Shown here one piece after another: positions 1 to 9,145 of a stretch of DNA of 64,000 nt. Numbering within the stretch: position 1 is the stretch's first letter; the number at the start of each line of letters is the position of its first letter. The position numbers and the translations under genes are program-made. The DNA is from Candidatus Wolfebacteria bacterium RIFOXYD12_FULL_48_21 (lineage in GTDB: Bacteria; Patescibacteriota; Minisyncoccia; UBA6257; UBA9933): positions 65,630 through 129,629 of the forward strand of contig MGIW01000003.1 of the NCBI GenBank assembly GCA_001793945.1, given 5' to 3'. The notes under the pieces are model-generated. The model was given only the letters and a program-made list of their open reading frames with translations. It was not told where the DNA came from and did not search any database.

Positions 1-842
1 AAAGCGAGAAACTATCCATTCGGCTCGCCGACCTGCAGGCCGAATGGGTCCGCAACGAACACGACCCAGCACAATTCGACACGCTCGCGGCGGCCGAAGG
101 TTTGGCCGATCACCAGCTTTCCGAACTGGAGCACCGCATATTCCGCTTGCGCGCGGAACTGCTTTCCATTGGCGAAGTGGATGAAACACTCATAGCCGAA
201 GCGGACGAAGTCGAGGTGCACCACGCGCATCTCGTTTCGCAATCAGCCGACCTTGAAAAGGCCTCCACCGACCTTGCGCAACTGGTCGAAGAACTGAAGC
301 GCGATGTGGCCGGAAAGTTCAACGGCGCATTCAAAGACATCAACGACCAGTTCAACCATTTCTTCCGATTGATGTTCGGTGGCGGGAGCGCGAAGATGAA
401 GATCAAGACGCGTAGTATCGAACACATTGTCGAAGACCTGAGCGGAGAGGTTTCCGAATTGGAAGACCAACCGCAAGCCGAGGAGCCAGTGCAATCGGGC
501 ATTGAGATAGAATTGAGCCTGCCGAAAAAACGCATCACCAGTCTCGATGTACTTTCCGGTGGTGAAAAAAGCTTGGTTTCCATTGCCGCGTTATTCGCAC
601 TCATTTCCGTGAGCCCTCCCCCGTTCCTTGTACTCGATGAAATAGACGCGCCGCTCGACGAACGCAACTCGGAACGCTTTGCGCATCTCATCAAAGAATT
701 TGCGCATAAGGTGCAGTTCATCGTGGTGACCCACAACCGCACCGTCATGGAAGTCGCCGATGTGCTCTACGGCGTGACTATGAACGAAGACGGCACATCA
801 AAACTGCTTTCCGTGAAATTTGACTCGCCGATTACCGTGTAA
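1..842 (+). CDS. smc: Chromosome segregation protein SMC, C-terminal part (5' end outside window)
   Basis: Coiled coil followed by the LSGGEKSL signature and Walker B/D-loop VLDEIDAPLD, then the FIVVTH motif. Confidence 0.93.
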   Translation, partial: SEKLSIRLADLQAEWVRNEHDPAQFDTLAAAEGLADHQLSELEHRIFRLRAELLSIGEVDETLIAEADEVEVHHAHLVSQSADLEKASTDLAQLVEELKRDVAGKFNGAFKDINDQFNHFFRLMFGGGSAKMKIKTRSIEHIVEDLSGEVSELEDQPQAEEPVQSGIEIELSLPKKRITSLDVLSGGEKSLVSIAALFALISVSPPPFLVLDEIDAPLDERNSERFAHLIKEFAHKVQFIVVTHNRTVMEVADVLYGVTMNEDGTSKLLSVKFDSPITV

Positions 843-848
843 TCATAT

Positions 849-878
849 AAAAAGACGCATTGCGAAATGCGTCTTTTT
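849..878 (+). terminator. Intrinsic terminator after smc
   Basis: AAAAAGACGCATT...AATGCGTCTTTTT inverted repeat with T-tract. Confidence 0.75.
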
Positions 879-1354
879 TGCCGGACAAAAATATTATATC
901 GTAAGTATCATACTGTTTGCTGTCCAAATGTACGACCGTACATTTGGACAGCACAAAAGCCCTCGTCATAACCATGGGACTTTTTGTTGTTATCTTTTGC
1001 GACCGCAAAAGATAACAACAAAAAACTGCCTGCACCCCAAAAGGGTGCAGGCAGTGAGTCAGACAACGAGGGTCACATCAACACTCCGAAACTGCCGGGG
1101 GGTTTGGCTTGATCCACCCCGCTCTCTCGGCTAATTTCGTCAGCAGGCGGACGAGGGGAATAGCAATCCGACAACACTACAGATTCCTCGGCAAGCTCGG
1201 AATGACAATATAGGCGATGAGTGTCATCCCGAGTGCAACGCAGCGGAGCGGAGTGAAATCGAGGGATCTGTAGTAAAAACCTATCTCTAAAGCTACAGGG
1301 CAAAGCCTATCCGTAGATAATGGGCATTCCTCTGTCCACTAATGCTGTGGGGGC

Positions 1355-1383
1355 TTGCATTTTTCTAAGTTATTCAGTATTCT
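1355..1383 (+). promoter_or_regulatory. Sigma70-type promoter of rpsP (near-leaderless)
   Basis: TTGCAT-17 nt-TATTCT, ending 9 nt before the ATG at 1393. Confidence 0.65.
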
Positions 1384-1392
1384 ACTACAACT

Positions 1393-1848
1393 ATGTTAGC
1401 AATAAAGTTAAATCGAATCGGGAAGAAGCATCAGCCGACCTTCCGTATCGTGGTCGCGGAAAAGCGATCAAAAATGGGCGGAAAGTATGTTGAAGACCTC
1501 GGTTTTTGGAACCCGCGTGAAAAAACGAGCTCCATTAACAAGGATCGCGCAACTTACTGGATCGGCGTTGGCGCACAGCCGACCGATACGGTCCACAACA
1601 TTCTTGTAAAGGGCCAGATCATCAAGGGAAAGAAGCGCTCTTCGCATGACATTAAGGCGCACCAGGAAGCATTAGATGCTCCGCGTAAAGCTGCGGAAGC
1701 AAAGGAGAAAGCCGATGCGGAAGCCGCTGAAGCTGCAAAGGCCGCTAAGGCAGCCGAAGAGGCAGCCGCAAAGGAAGCAGCTGAGGCGGCGAAAGCTGCC
1801 GAAGCAACCGTTGAAGAGGCAGCTCCGGAAACTCCGGCAGCGGAATAA
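1393..1848 (+). CDS. rpsP: 30S ribosomal protein S16 with Ala/Glu/Lys-rich C-terminal extension
   Basis: MLAIKLNRIGKKHQPTFRIVVAE...GAQPTDTV is the S16 pattern. Confidence 0.96.
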   Translation: MLAIKLNRIGKKHQPTFRIVVAEKRSKMGGKYVEDLGFWNPREKTSSINKDRATYWIGVGAQPTDTVHNILVKGQIIKGKKRSSHDIKAHQEALDAPRKAAEAKEKADAEAAEAAKAAKAAEEAAAKEAAEAAKAAEATVEEAAPETPAAE

Positions 1849-1970
1849 CGGTTTAAACAGATGTACTAAAAAAGGCGCATTATACTATGCGTCTTTTTTG
1901 TTGCACCCTGTTGCCTGCCAATAAAAAAGCCCGCCAAACGGCGGGCTTTACACAAACCATACAGACTACC

Positions 1971-2795
1971 CTACTCGGCGGACGGGATTGGGTCTTTTGA
2001 TCTGTAAAAAACAAATCGCTTCACCGCTTTCGCCAGCATGTAGCTGACCAACATCGTCAGCACTATGAACATCACATATTCCATCGATTGATTCGCATTA
2101 CGAAAGAATGACGCAGGGATGGCAGCGATAACCGTAGGGACAATCATCATGGACAGTGGTAGGTGCACGATGGCTTCGACAATGAACATACCGACCACCG
2201 CACCCACTATCACAAGCAATAAACCTACACGAAACCCTCCGGACCAAACGAACTCGGACATGTTAATCGCAAAGGCGACGCCCAACAGCGTAAACAGGAA
2301 ACTGCCTCGCAATCTCCCGTCGTCGATGCAGTACTTTTTCCTTTGCGCATTTATGCTCACGCTTGCCACCGTGACAACGACGATTGCCATGGCAAGCGTC
2401 ATGAGCCATGAAGATTCTTTTTCGGGTTCGCTTGCGTGGGTGTTCGGATTCCCCCACTGGCCGTTTTTGAAGCTGACCACGGTTTTAGCGGTCAGCTTCT
2501 CATGTACCATAGGCACTCCAAAGCGCCACCGGGATTTCTTTCCCTCTTTTACCACATATTCCCCTTCGCCCATGTCCACAATGGTGCGGATCTTGGGAAA
2601 ATCGTGAGCAGGCACTTCTACCGACGGCATGGCATACTGCTCTTTCTTGAGCACTGTCTTTTCGATCGTTCTTACCGTCAACATGCCGTTGTCAACGGCC
2701 GTTTCTTCCACTACCTCTCCTCGGACAACGCCGACATAGCACGATACGGCGAACAGCACCGCAAACAGCACTCCGATGACAACTTTTATTTTCAT
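1971..2795 (-). CDS. Hypothetical multi-pass membrane protein with N-terminal signal/anchor
   Basis: 274-aa ORF with several hydrophobic segments; purine-rich SD-like tract upstream; terminator at 1923-1948. Confidence 0.7.
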   Translation of the reverse strand: MKIKVVIGVLFAVLFAVSCYVGVVRGEVVEETAVDNGMLTVRTIEKTVLKKEQYAMPSVEVPAHDFPKIRTIVDMGEGEYVVKEGKKSRWRFGVPMVHEKLTAKTVVSFKNGQWGNPNTHASEPEKESSWLMTLAMAIVVVTVASVSINAQRKKYCIDDGRLRGSFLFTLLGVAFAINMSEFVWSGGFRVGLLLVIVGAVVGMFIVEAIVHLPLSMMIVPTVIAAIPASFFRNANQSMEYVMFIVLTMLVSYMLAKAVKRFVFYRSKDPIPSAE

Positions 2796-3103
2796 CCCCT
2801 TTCCTCCCCCCTGTCTGTATTGATATCACTATCGATTAAACGTTCTGTTTAATAGATAACCTTTATTCTCTATCTTGTCAAATTTTTACTGTGCATGCTA
2901 CACGATCCATATTCTTTACTCACGGCATGCAGTTAATAGGGCAATGCACTCTTGATCGCATTCCCTCTGTGAACTAATAACCGTGAACTGTGAACTACTT
3001 GCCATGGACTCTTTTGTTGTAATCCCATGCGATAATCCGTATACTTATACATATCAATAATTCAAAGGTCGCATAGCACATAGTGCAAGAACAGCAATCA
3101 GAC

Positions 3104-3394
3104 ATGACAGAAGAAAAAGACCAGGCATTCCTCGAGTTTCTCGTCAAATCGATCGTCGATCATCCCGAGGATGTCACGGTGGAACGAAAAGTCGACGAAA
3201 TGGGAGTCCTTCTTAGCTTGAAGGTGAACCCGCTCGATATGGGCCAGATCGTCGGCCGCCAAGGCGCGACCGCAAAGGCGATGCGGTCCCTACTCCGCAT
3301 CGTAGGCGTTAAGAACCATGCACGGGTGAACCTTAAGATCGTCGAACCCGACGGATCGACGAGAATGCCCAAAGAAGAGTCGCACGATATGTGA
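3104..3394 (+). CDS. khpA: KH-domain RNA-binding protein KhpA/YlqC
   Basis: LEFLVKSIVDHPEDV...DMGQIVGRQGATAKAMR; lies downstream of rpsP as usual. Confidence 0.92.
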   Translation: MTEEKDQAFLEFLVKSIVDHPEDVTVERKVDEMGVLLSLKVNPLDMGQIVGRQGATAKAMRSLLRIVGVKNHARVNLKIVEPDGSTRMPKEESHDM

Positions 3395-3491
3395 CCAAAA
3401 CAAAAAGCCACTCCGCCGACCGGCGGAGTGGCTTTTTGTTTTCCTTTCTCGCAAAGATCGGCGAAATTCTATATACTTTCATTATATTTCT

Positions 3492-3556
3492 GTCATTCCC
3501 GCGTAGGCGGGAATCCACTACAAAATGAAATGGATCCCCGCCTCCGCGGAGATGAC
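3492..3556. repeat. REP-like inverted pair, short family (GTCATTCCCGCGnAGGCGGGAATCCA)
   Basis: Head-to-head copies; family recurs at about 8075, 10297, 13819, 22142, 27988, 36809 and 47228. Confidence 0.85.
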
Positions 3557-3566
3557 AATGCAACTT

Positions 3567-5249
3567 ATGGACGAAACACTTACCCAAAAACTTGAACGAA
3601 TAAAAAAGGAAGCGCAGGAGCGCGAAGCGCAACGCCGCGCCACCGCACTCGGAAAACAGCGGATATCCCTTTCGAAAACGCCCATCAGCATTGATGCGCT
3701 TTCTCTTATTTCTGAAGATATCGCCCGAGCCGCCGGCATTGCGGCCATTGAGCGCAAAGCGAGCAATGTTGCCATCGTCGCGCTCGACCCGAGCCGACCA
3801 CAAACAAAAAAAGTCGTCGATGATCTTACCGCGAAAGGCTACACGGTCGTCGAATATGTAGTAACCGCAGGCGATATGGAATATGCCCTCGGACACTACC
3901 GTTATGTATCAAAAGAAACCGAGAAGATCACCGGCAATGTAAAGATCGGGCAACGCATCAGCGAGCTTTCCGCATCGCTTACCTCCATCGCCGGAGCAAA
4001 AGAAGTTCTTTCGCATGAAGAGCTTGCGCCACACAAAGCCGGAGATATCCTCGAGATCATAGCCCATGCCGCCATGGGCACGCGCGCATCGGATATCCAC
4101 ATAGAGCCTTCCGAACATGATGGAAAGCTTCGCTTCCGCATCGACGGCAACTTGCACGATATTTTTGTATTTCCCAAAGAGTTTTACCCGTACTTACTTA
4201 CCCGCATCAAATTGCTTTCCAATTTAAAGTTGAATGTAACTAAAGAAGCGCAAGATGGCCGCTTTACCATTCGCTTTCCGCAAAAGGATGTGGAAGTTCG
4301 CGTCGCCATCGCTCCCGCGCAGTTTGGCGAAGTAGCGGTCATGCGCTTGCTTGACCCGGATGCTATTAAAATCACCTTGCCGCAACTTGGCCTGCGCGAA
4401 GACGATCTCGCGATCATCAATGTCGAGCTCAACCGCCCTAACGGCATGATCCTTAACACCGGTCCTACCGGTAGCGGTAAAACGACCACGCTTTATACTT
4501 TTCTTGGAGCAAAAGCCAGCCCGGAAGAAAAGGTGATTACCATTGAAGACCCAATCGAATACCGGCTGGAGGGCATCGAGCAGACTCAGATCAATGCAGC
4601 AACCGGATACACCTTTGCAAACGGACTGCGATCCATTATGCGTCAAGACCCGGACACCATTTTGGTCGGTGAAATCCGAGACCAGGAAACCGCCGAGATC
4701 GCCATTCAGGCGGCACTCACCGGACATCTTGTCTTCTCTACCCTGCACACGAACTCCGCAGCCGGCGCCATTCCCCGCTTGCTCGACCTCGATGTAAAAC
4801 CGCAATCCATCGGACCGGCGCTCACACTTGTCATAGCGCAACGCCTCGTACGCCGCTTGTGCACGGAATGTAAAACTCCCGTACAACTCGACGCCGATCT
4901 TGCAAAAAAACTCACGGCACTTGTCGATTCACTTCCGGCGCGCGTCAACAAAGCAGCCTATAAAGATACGGCTCTCTTCGCTCCGGTCGGTTGCGATGCG
5001 TGCAACAATACCGGTTATAAAGGCCGTGTAGCCATCTATGAACTGTTCACAAAACAGCCGGGGCTTGAAGACCTGATAGCCAGCGTTGCCGGCGAAGAGA
5101 CCTTTCTGAAGTTCGCACGCGAACGAGGCATGACGACCATGCAGGAAGACGGCATCCTTAAGGTTGCCACTGGCATAACCACCTTCGCCGAGGTCGAAGG
5201 AGTTACGGGGCCGATAGTGTGGCCGATGAATGTGAGTAACGAAAAATGA
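3567..5249 (+). CDS. Type IV pilus/T2SS assembly ATPase (PilB/GspE family)
   Basis: ASDIHIEP, Walker A GPTGSGKTT, EDPIEY, MRQDPDTILVGEIRD, STLHTN and CxxC pairs. Confidence 0.95.
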   Translation: MDETLTQKLERIKKEAQEREAQRRATALGKQRISLSKTPISIDALSLISEDIARAAGIAAIERKASNVAIVALDPSRPQTKKVVDDLTAKGYTVVEYVVTAGDMEYALGHYRYVSKETEKITGNVKIGQRISELSASLTSIAGAKEVLSHEELAPHKAGDILEIIAHAAMGTRASDIHIEPSEHDGKLRFRIDGNLHDIFVFPKEFYPYLLTRIKLLSNLKLNVTKEAQDGRFTIRFPQKDVEVRVAIAPAQFGEVAVMRLLDPDAIKITLPQLGLREDDLAIINVELNRPNGMILNTGPTGSGKTTTLYTFLGAKASPEEKVITIEDPIEYRLEGIEQTQINAATGYTFANGLRSIMRQDPDTILVGEIRDQETAEIAIQAALTGHLVFSTLHTNSAAGAIPRLLDLDVKPQSIGPALTLVIAQRLVRRLCTECKTPVQLDADLAKKLTALVDSLPARVNKAAYKDTALFAPVGCDACNNTGYKGRVAIYELFTKQPGLEDLIASVAGEETFLKFARERGMTTMQEDGILKVATGITTFAEVEGVTGPIVWPMNVSNEK

Positions 5250-5272
5250 GATATGAGATAAGAGTGCATACA

Positions 5273-5335
5273 AAAACCCCCGCTTGCCTGCCCGCATTGC
5301 TATGTAAAGCGTTGCAGGCTTGCGCGGGGGTTTTG
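5273..5335. repeat. 63-bp palindromic direct repeat, copy 1 (terminator-like)
   Basis: 61/63 identical to 5993-6055. Confidence 0.95.
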
Positions 5336-5671
5336 TTACTGCCTCAGCAATTCTTCCAATTTATTCTTAAATCTGGGCAATTCGTTTTTAATGACATTCC
5401 ATACCAATTGTAGATCAATCGTAAAGTATTCGTGTACGATCACATCGCGCATGCCCGATGCCTTGCGCCATTCTATCTCCGCGTGCTGCTCACGATACTC
5501 ATACGGCAGATTCTTTACCGCTTCGCCGATCACCTGCAAGCGACGGATTGCCGCATCTTGCATCGGCACATCGTCATAGAAATCATTCTCAGTCGCATCT
5601 CCGATATTCTCCTCGATATATTCAATACTCTCGATGATATGTTCCAAAAATATACGCGGATCCTTTTTCAT
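5336..5671 (-). CDS. HEPN/HepT-like RNase toxin (DUF86)
   Basis: R-x4-H-x-Y motif (RDVIVHEY) and IGEAVKNL; overlaps the MNT stop by 4 nt. Confidence 0.93.
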   Translation of the reverse strand: MKKDPRIFLEHIIESIEYIEENIGDATENDFYDDVPMQDAAIRRLQVIGEAVKNLPYEYREQHAEIEWRKASGMRDVIVHEYFTIDLQLVWNVIKNELPRFKNKLEELLRQ

Positions 5672-5955
5672 AGAATAGGTACTTGTTCCCGCAACACGGT
5701 ATCCCGTATTAAAGGTGAAATGGAACGATAGGTAACGATATCCACATCGCTTCCCAACGCGCTCTCTAATTTCTGCTTCAGATCGACCAGATCGAACAAG
5801 CTCTTATCTTCCGGAAACTCGACGAGTATATCAACATCACTTTTCTCGTTCGCTTCGCCGCGAACGACCGATCCAAACAAAGCAGACCGCTTCACATGAG
5901 CGTCTTTCAATATCGGCACTATGGTCTTTTTTATATCTTCAATCGAAGCGTTCAT
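5668..5955 (-). CDS. Minimal nucleotidyltransferase antitoxin (MntA-like)
   Basis: GS-x10-DxD motif (FGSVVRGEANEKSDVDILV). Confidence 0.93.
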   Translation of the reverse strand: MNASIEDIKKTIVPILKDAHVKRSALFGSVVRGEANEKSDVDILVEFPEDKSLFDLVDLKQKLESALGSDVDIVTYRSISPLIRDTVLREQVPIL

Positions 5956-5992
5956 ACACTTATAGTACACTACTCAACACGCAGAATACAAC

Positions 5993-6055
5993 AAAACCCC
6001 CGCTTGCCTGCCCGCATTGCTATGTAAAGCGTTGCAGGCGGGCGCGGGGGTTTTG
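5993..6055. repeat. 63-bp palindromic direct repeat, copy 2
   Basis: 61/63 identical to 5273-5335, offset exactly 720 bp. Confidence 0.95.
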
Positions 6056-6059
6056 ATTT

Positions 6060-6234
6060 CTATCACCGGAGAAACACTCCTTGGTTCTGTGGGTGTAAAA
6101 ATTTTAGAAATCTTACACCAGTAAGAAATTTAGAATTTCTCCGAGGAGTGCCCCAGCCTGAACCAGAACATCCTGAGCCTAAAAGAAATTCCTTAAGAAC
6201 CCACAGAACCAAATAGTCTTTCCCTCACTGTTAT
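6060..6234 (-). ncRNA. Candidate rod-shaped ncRNA (6S RNA-like)
   Basis: Consensus promoter upstream; perfect 14-bp closing stem UUGGUUCUGUGGGU/ACCCACAGAACCAA; asymmetric central bubble; second long stem; no ORF. Confidence 0.55.
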
Positions 6235-6240
6235 AAATAT

Positions 6241-6268
6241 ATTATAACAAGTAATTTTTATTTGTCAA
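6241..6268 (-). promoter_or_regulatory. Consensus sigma70 promoter
   Basis: TTGACA-16 nt-TATAAT with extended TG. Confidence 0.8.
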
Positions 6269-6545
6269 GAGCCTACACCACCTCCTGTGCCATTTGTCAA
6301 AGGCAAGCCTTATCACTATACAGGGTGCAAAATATTTGTCAAGTCCGAGTCTGTTATTACTACTAAGCCAGAAATCTATGACGCAATAGATTCCTGCTTC
6401 CCTGCCCGCAGTTGCTACAGCGTTGCAGACGGGCGCAGGAATGACAAAGAAAGGAGTGGGGACAACAAAAAGAGGCGGGAATGACAAAAGGGTGGGTTTT
6501 CCTCTATACTATAGAAGTATCCACGATCTCTAACTATTACACTCT

Positions 6546-7907
6546 ATGGAAATTACTTTTTTTGGTGCCTCTGAAGAGGTTACCGGCTCGAACTATCTAC
6601 TCGAAACACCCAATACAAAGATCCTTATCGATTGCGGATTGCTTCAGGGCGGCCGCTTCGTCAATCCCGAAAACTACGAACCGTTTCCGTTTGATGTAAA
6701 GGGTATCGATGCCACATTCATTACGCACGCGCACATCGATCACACCGGCAAGATACCCAAACTATACAAGGACGGCTTCCGTGGCAGGATTTATTCAACT
6801 TCGCCGACCAAAGATTTTGCCGAACAGCTACTCGTCGACTCCGAGCACCTGCTTTACCGCGACGCCATGGAGCAGGGAAAACCGCCTATTTACGACCTGA
6901 ATGATATAACAGGAGCCCTAAAGCTTTGGCAAGGCGTCAGCTATCACGAAAAGATCCATGTAAAGGATTTTGAGATCGAATTTTTTGATGCGGGCCACAT
7001 TCTCGGCTCTGCCGTCATCGTGGTTACCGAAAAAGAAACCGGGAAGCGCATTGCGTTTTCGGGTGATCTTGGCAACCAACCAGCCCCGCTCGTAAAGGAC
7101 ACCGAGGAACTCAGTGATATTGATTATCTTCTTGTTGAATCAACCTACGGCGACCGCATTCACGATAACCCGGGCACTCGCAGGGATCGATTAGAAGATG
7201 TCATCGAAGATGCCATGCGGCTTAACGGCGTGCTGCTCATTCCGGCGTTTGCCATGGAGCGCACACAGGAATTGCTTTATGAAATGGACGAATTGGTGGA
7301 AAACGGCCGCGTACCGGGAGCTCCAGTCTATGTAGACAGTCCCCTTGCCATCAAGCTTACTGCGATCTACAAAAAGTACTCCCAAGACCCGATGTACTTC
7401 GACGATGAGGCCATCGAACGCGCAAAGACGGGTATGGAACTTTTTGATTTCCCTCGTCTGCGCTTTACGCTGACCACCGAACAATCCAAATCAATCAACG
7501 ATGCGCCAATGCCGAAGATCATCATCGCCGGCTCGGGCATGTCCAACGGCGGACGCATTTTGCATCACGAACTGCGTTACCTATCCAATCCGAACACGAC
7601 CATTCTGTTTATCGGCTATCAGGCAAGAGGAACGCTTGGCCGCGCCATTCTTGATGGCGCTCCGGTCGTGCGCATCCTTGGCGAAGAAGTGCCGGTGCGC
7701 TGTAAAATGGCGACCATTTCCGGCTACTCGGCCCATGCCGACCAACCACTCCTACTTAAGTGGATCCACCCGATGCGGCAATCCCTTAAAAAGGTCTTTA
7801 TCGTGCACGGCGACATAGACCAAATGACCCCGTTCGCGCAAAAGATCCGCGATGAGTTTGCTCTTGATGCGGTTATTCCGGTTAAGGGCATGAAGGTGAC
7901 ATTGTAA
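6546..7907 (+). CDS. MBL-fold beta-CASP RNA-metabolising hydrolase
   Basis: HAHIDH, DAGHILGS, FSGDLG, ESTYG and YSAHAD motifs. Confidence 0.93.
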   Translation: MEITFFGASEEVTGSNYLLETPNTKILIDCGLLQGGRFVNPENYEPFPFDVKGIDATFITHAHIDHTGKIPKLYKDGFRGRIYSTSPTKDFAEQLLVDSEHLLYRDAMEQGKPPIYDLNDITGALKLWQGVSYHEKIHVKDFEIEFFDAGHILGSAVIVVTEKETGKRIAFSGDLGNQPAPLVKDTEELSDIDYLLVESTYGDRIHDNPGTRRDRLEDVIEDAMRLNGVLLIPAFAMERTQELLYEMDELVENGRVPGAPVYVDSPLAIKLTAIYKKYSQDPMYFDDEAIERAKTGMELFDFPRLRFTLTTEQSKSINDAPMPKIIIAGSGMSNGGRILHHELRYLSNPNTTILFIGYQARGTLGRAILDGAPVVRILGEEVPVRCKMATISGYSAHADQPLLLKWIHPMRQSLKKVFIVHGDIDQMTPFAQKIRDEFALDAVIPVKGMKVTL

Positions 7908-8119
7908 TGCAGTTTACAGTCAACAGTTCATGGTCCACGGATTAAAATTCAGCTCACTAGTAAATGCGCGTTTATGTATTGTCATCCCGTGCTTTAGCCT
8001 GTCCGTCCACTGACGGAACACGGGATCCAGCTCCTCTATAAAAACCGCTTGCGCGGTTTTTATATTTATTCTCTGGATTCCGGCTTTCGCCGGAATGACA
8101 AACACGCTATACTATATAT

Positions 8120-9112
8120 ATGCTATCTTCCGATAATCATATTTCAGAGAAACTTTTTGAAACCGACGCAGAACAAAAGCCGACCCGCGACGGGTTTGGC
8201 ACAGGCTTACTCTATCTTGGCGAGACCAATCCGGATGTCGTAGTGCTTTCCGCCGACCTTAAGGAATCGACCCGCTGTGAAGCGTTTGCAAGCAAATACC
8301 CAAACCGCTTTTTTGAGTGCGGTGTTGCCGAGCAAAACATGATCACCATTGCCGCAGGGCTCGGCGTTTCCAATAAGATCCCGTTTGCTGCATCGTATGC
8401 CGTTTTCTCTCCGGGCAGAAATTGGGAGCAGATCCGCACGACCATTGCCTATAACGACGCAAATGTAAAAATAGCCGGCCACCATGCGGGCATTTCTACC
8501 GGCCCTGACGGCGCAACCCACCAAGCAATAGAAGATATTGCTACCATGCGGGTCATGCCAAACATGCGCGTCATCGTACCGATCGATTCCCTTGAGGCGC
8601 ATAAGGCGACCGTGGCCGCTTCGCAAATATGGGGGCCGATCTATCTTCGCTTTACGCGTGAAAAGTCTTCGGTCATCACCACCGAACAGACCCCGTTCAT
8701 CCCCGGCAAGGCGTACGAGTTATGGGAATCGAAAAAACCGCAGGTCGTCATCATCGGCTGCGGACCCATTTTGCACGAAGCACTTCTTGCGGCAAAGGAA
8801 CTCGAGAAGGAAAAGATCGGCACCGTTGTCTTGAACAGCCACACCATCAAGCCGCTTGATGAGAAAAAGATTACGACGCTCGCCAAAAAATACGGCGCGG
8901 TCGTGACCGTCGAAGAGCATAGCATCGTCGGCGGCCTCGGCGGAGCCGTTGCCGAGTGCCTCGCAAAATACCAGCCCACTCCAATCGAATTTGTGGGCAT
9001 GGCCGACACCTTCGGCGAAAGCGGCGAGCCCCACGAACTGCTGAAGAAATATAAGCTGGACGCCCATGCGATCAAGGAGGCAGTGAAGAAAGTCGTTGCA
9101 CGCAAAAAATGA
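8120..9112 (+). CDS. Transketolase, C-terminal subunit (split transketolase)
   Basis: ECGVAEQNM, GPDGATHQ, TIKPLD and VEEH motifs. Confidence 0.93.
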   Translation: MLSSDNHISEKLFETDAEQKPTRDGFGTGLLYLGETNPDVVVLSADLKESTRCEAFASKYPNRFFECGVAEQNMITIAAGLGVSNKIPFAASYAVFSPGRNWEQIRTTIAYNDANVKIAGHHAGISTGPDGATHQAIEDIATMRVMPNMRVIVPIDSLEAHKATVAASQIWGPIYLRFTREKSSVITTEQTPFIPGKAYELWESKKPQVVIIGCGPILHEALLAAKELEKEKIGTVVLNSHTIKPLDEKKITTLAKKYGAVVTVEEHSIVGGLGGAVAECLAKYQPTPIEFVGMADTFGESGEPHELLKKYKLDAHAIKEAVKKVVARKK

Positions 9113-9145
9113 CCCATGGGGTCATTTTTTGTTATACTTATCCAT

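Noticed and set aside
3525-3566. ORF-track N-terminal extensions such as MKWIPASAEMT (also holB, recO and the prepilin)
   Set aside because: They are translations of REP-like palindromes or heptamer tracts; downstream ATGs fit family starts and promoters better
8120-9112. Transketolase as a truncated pseudogene
   Set aside because: Two-subunit transketolases are well known; this is a complete C-terminal subunit with its own promoter
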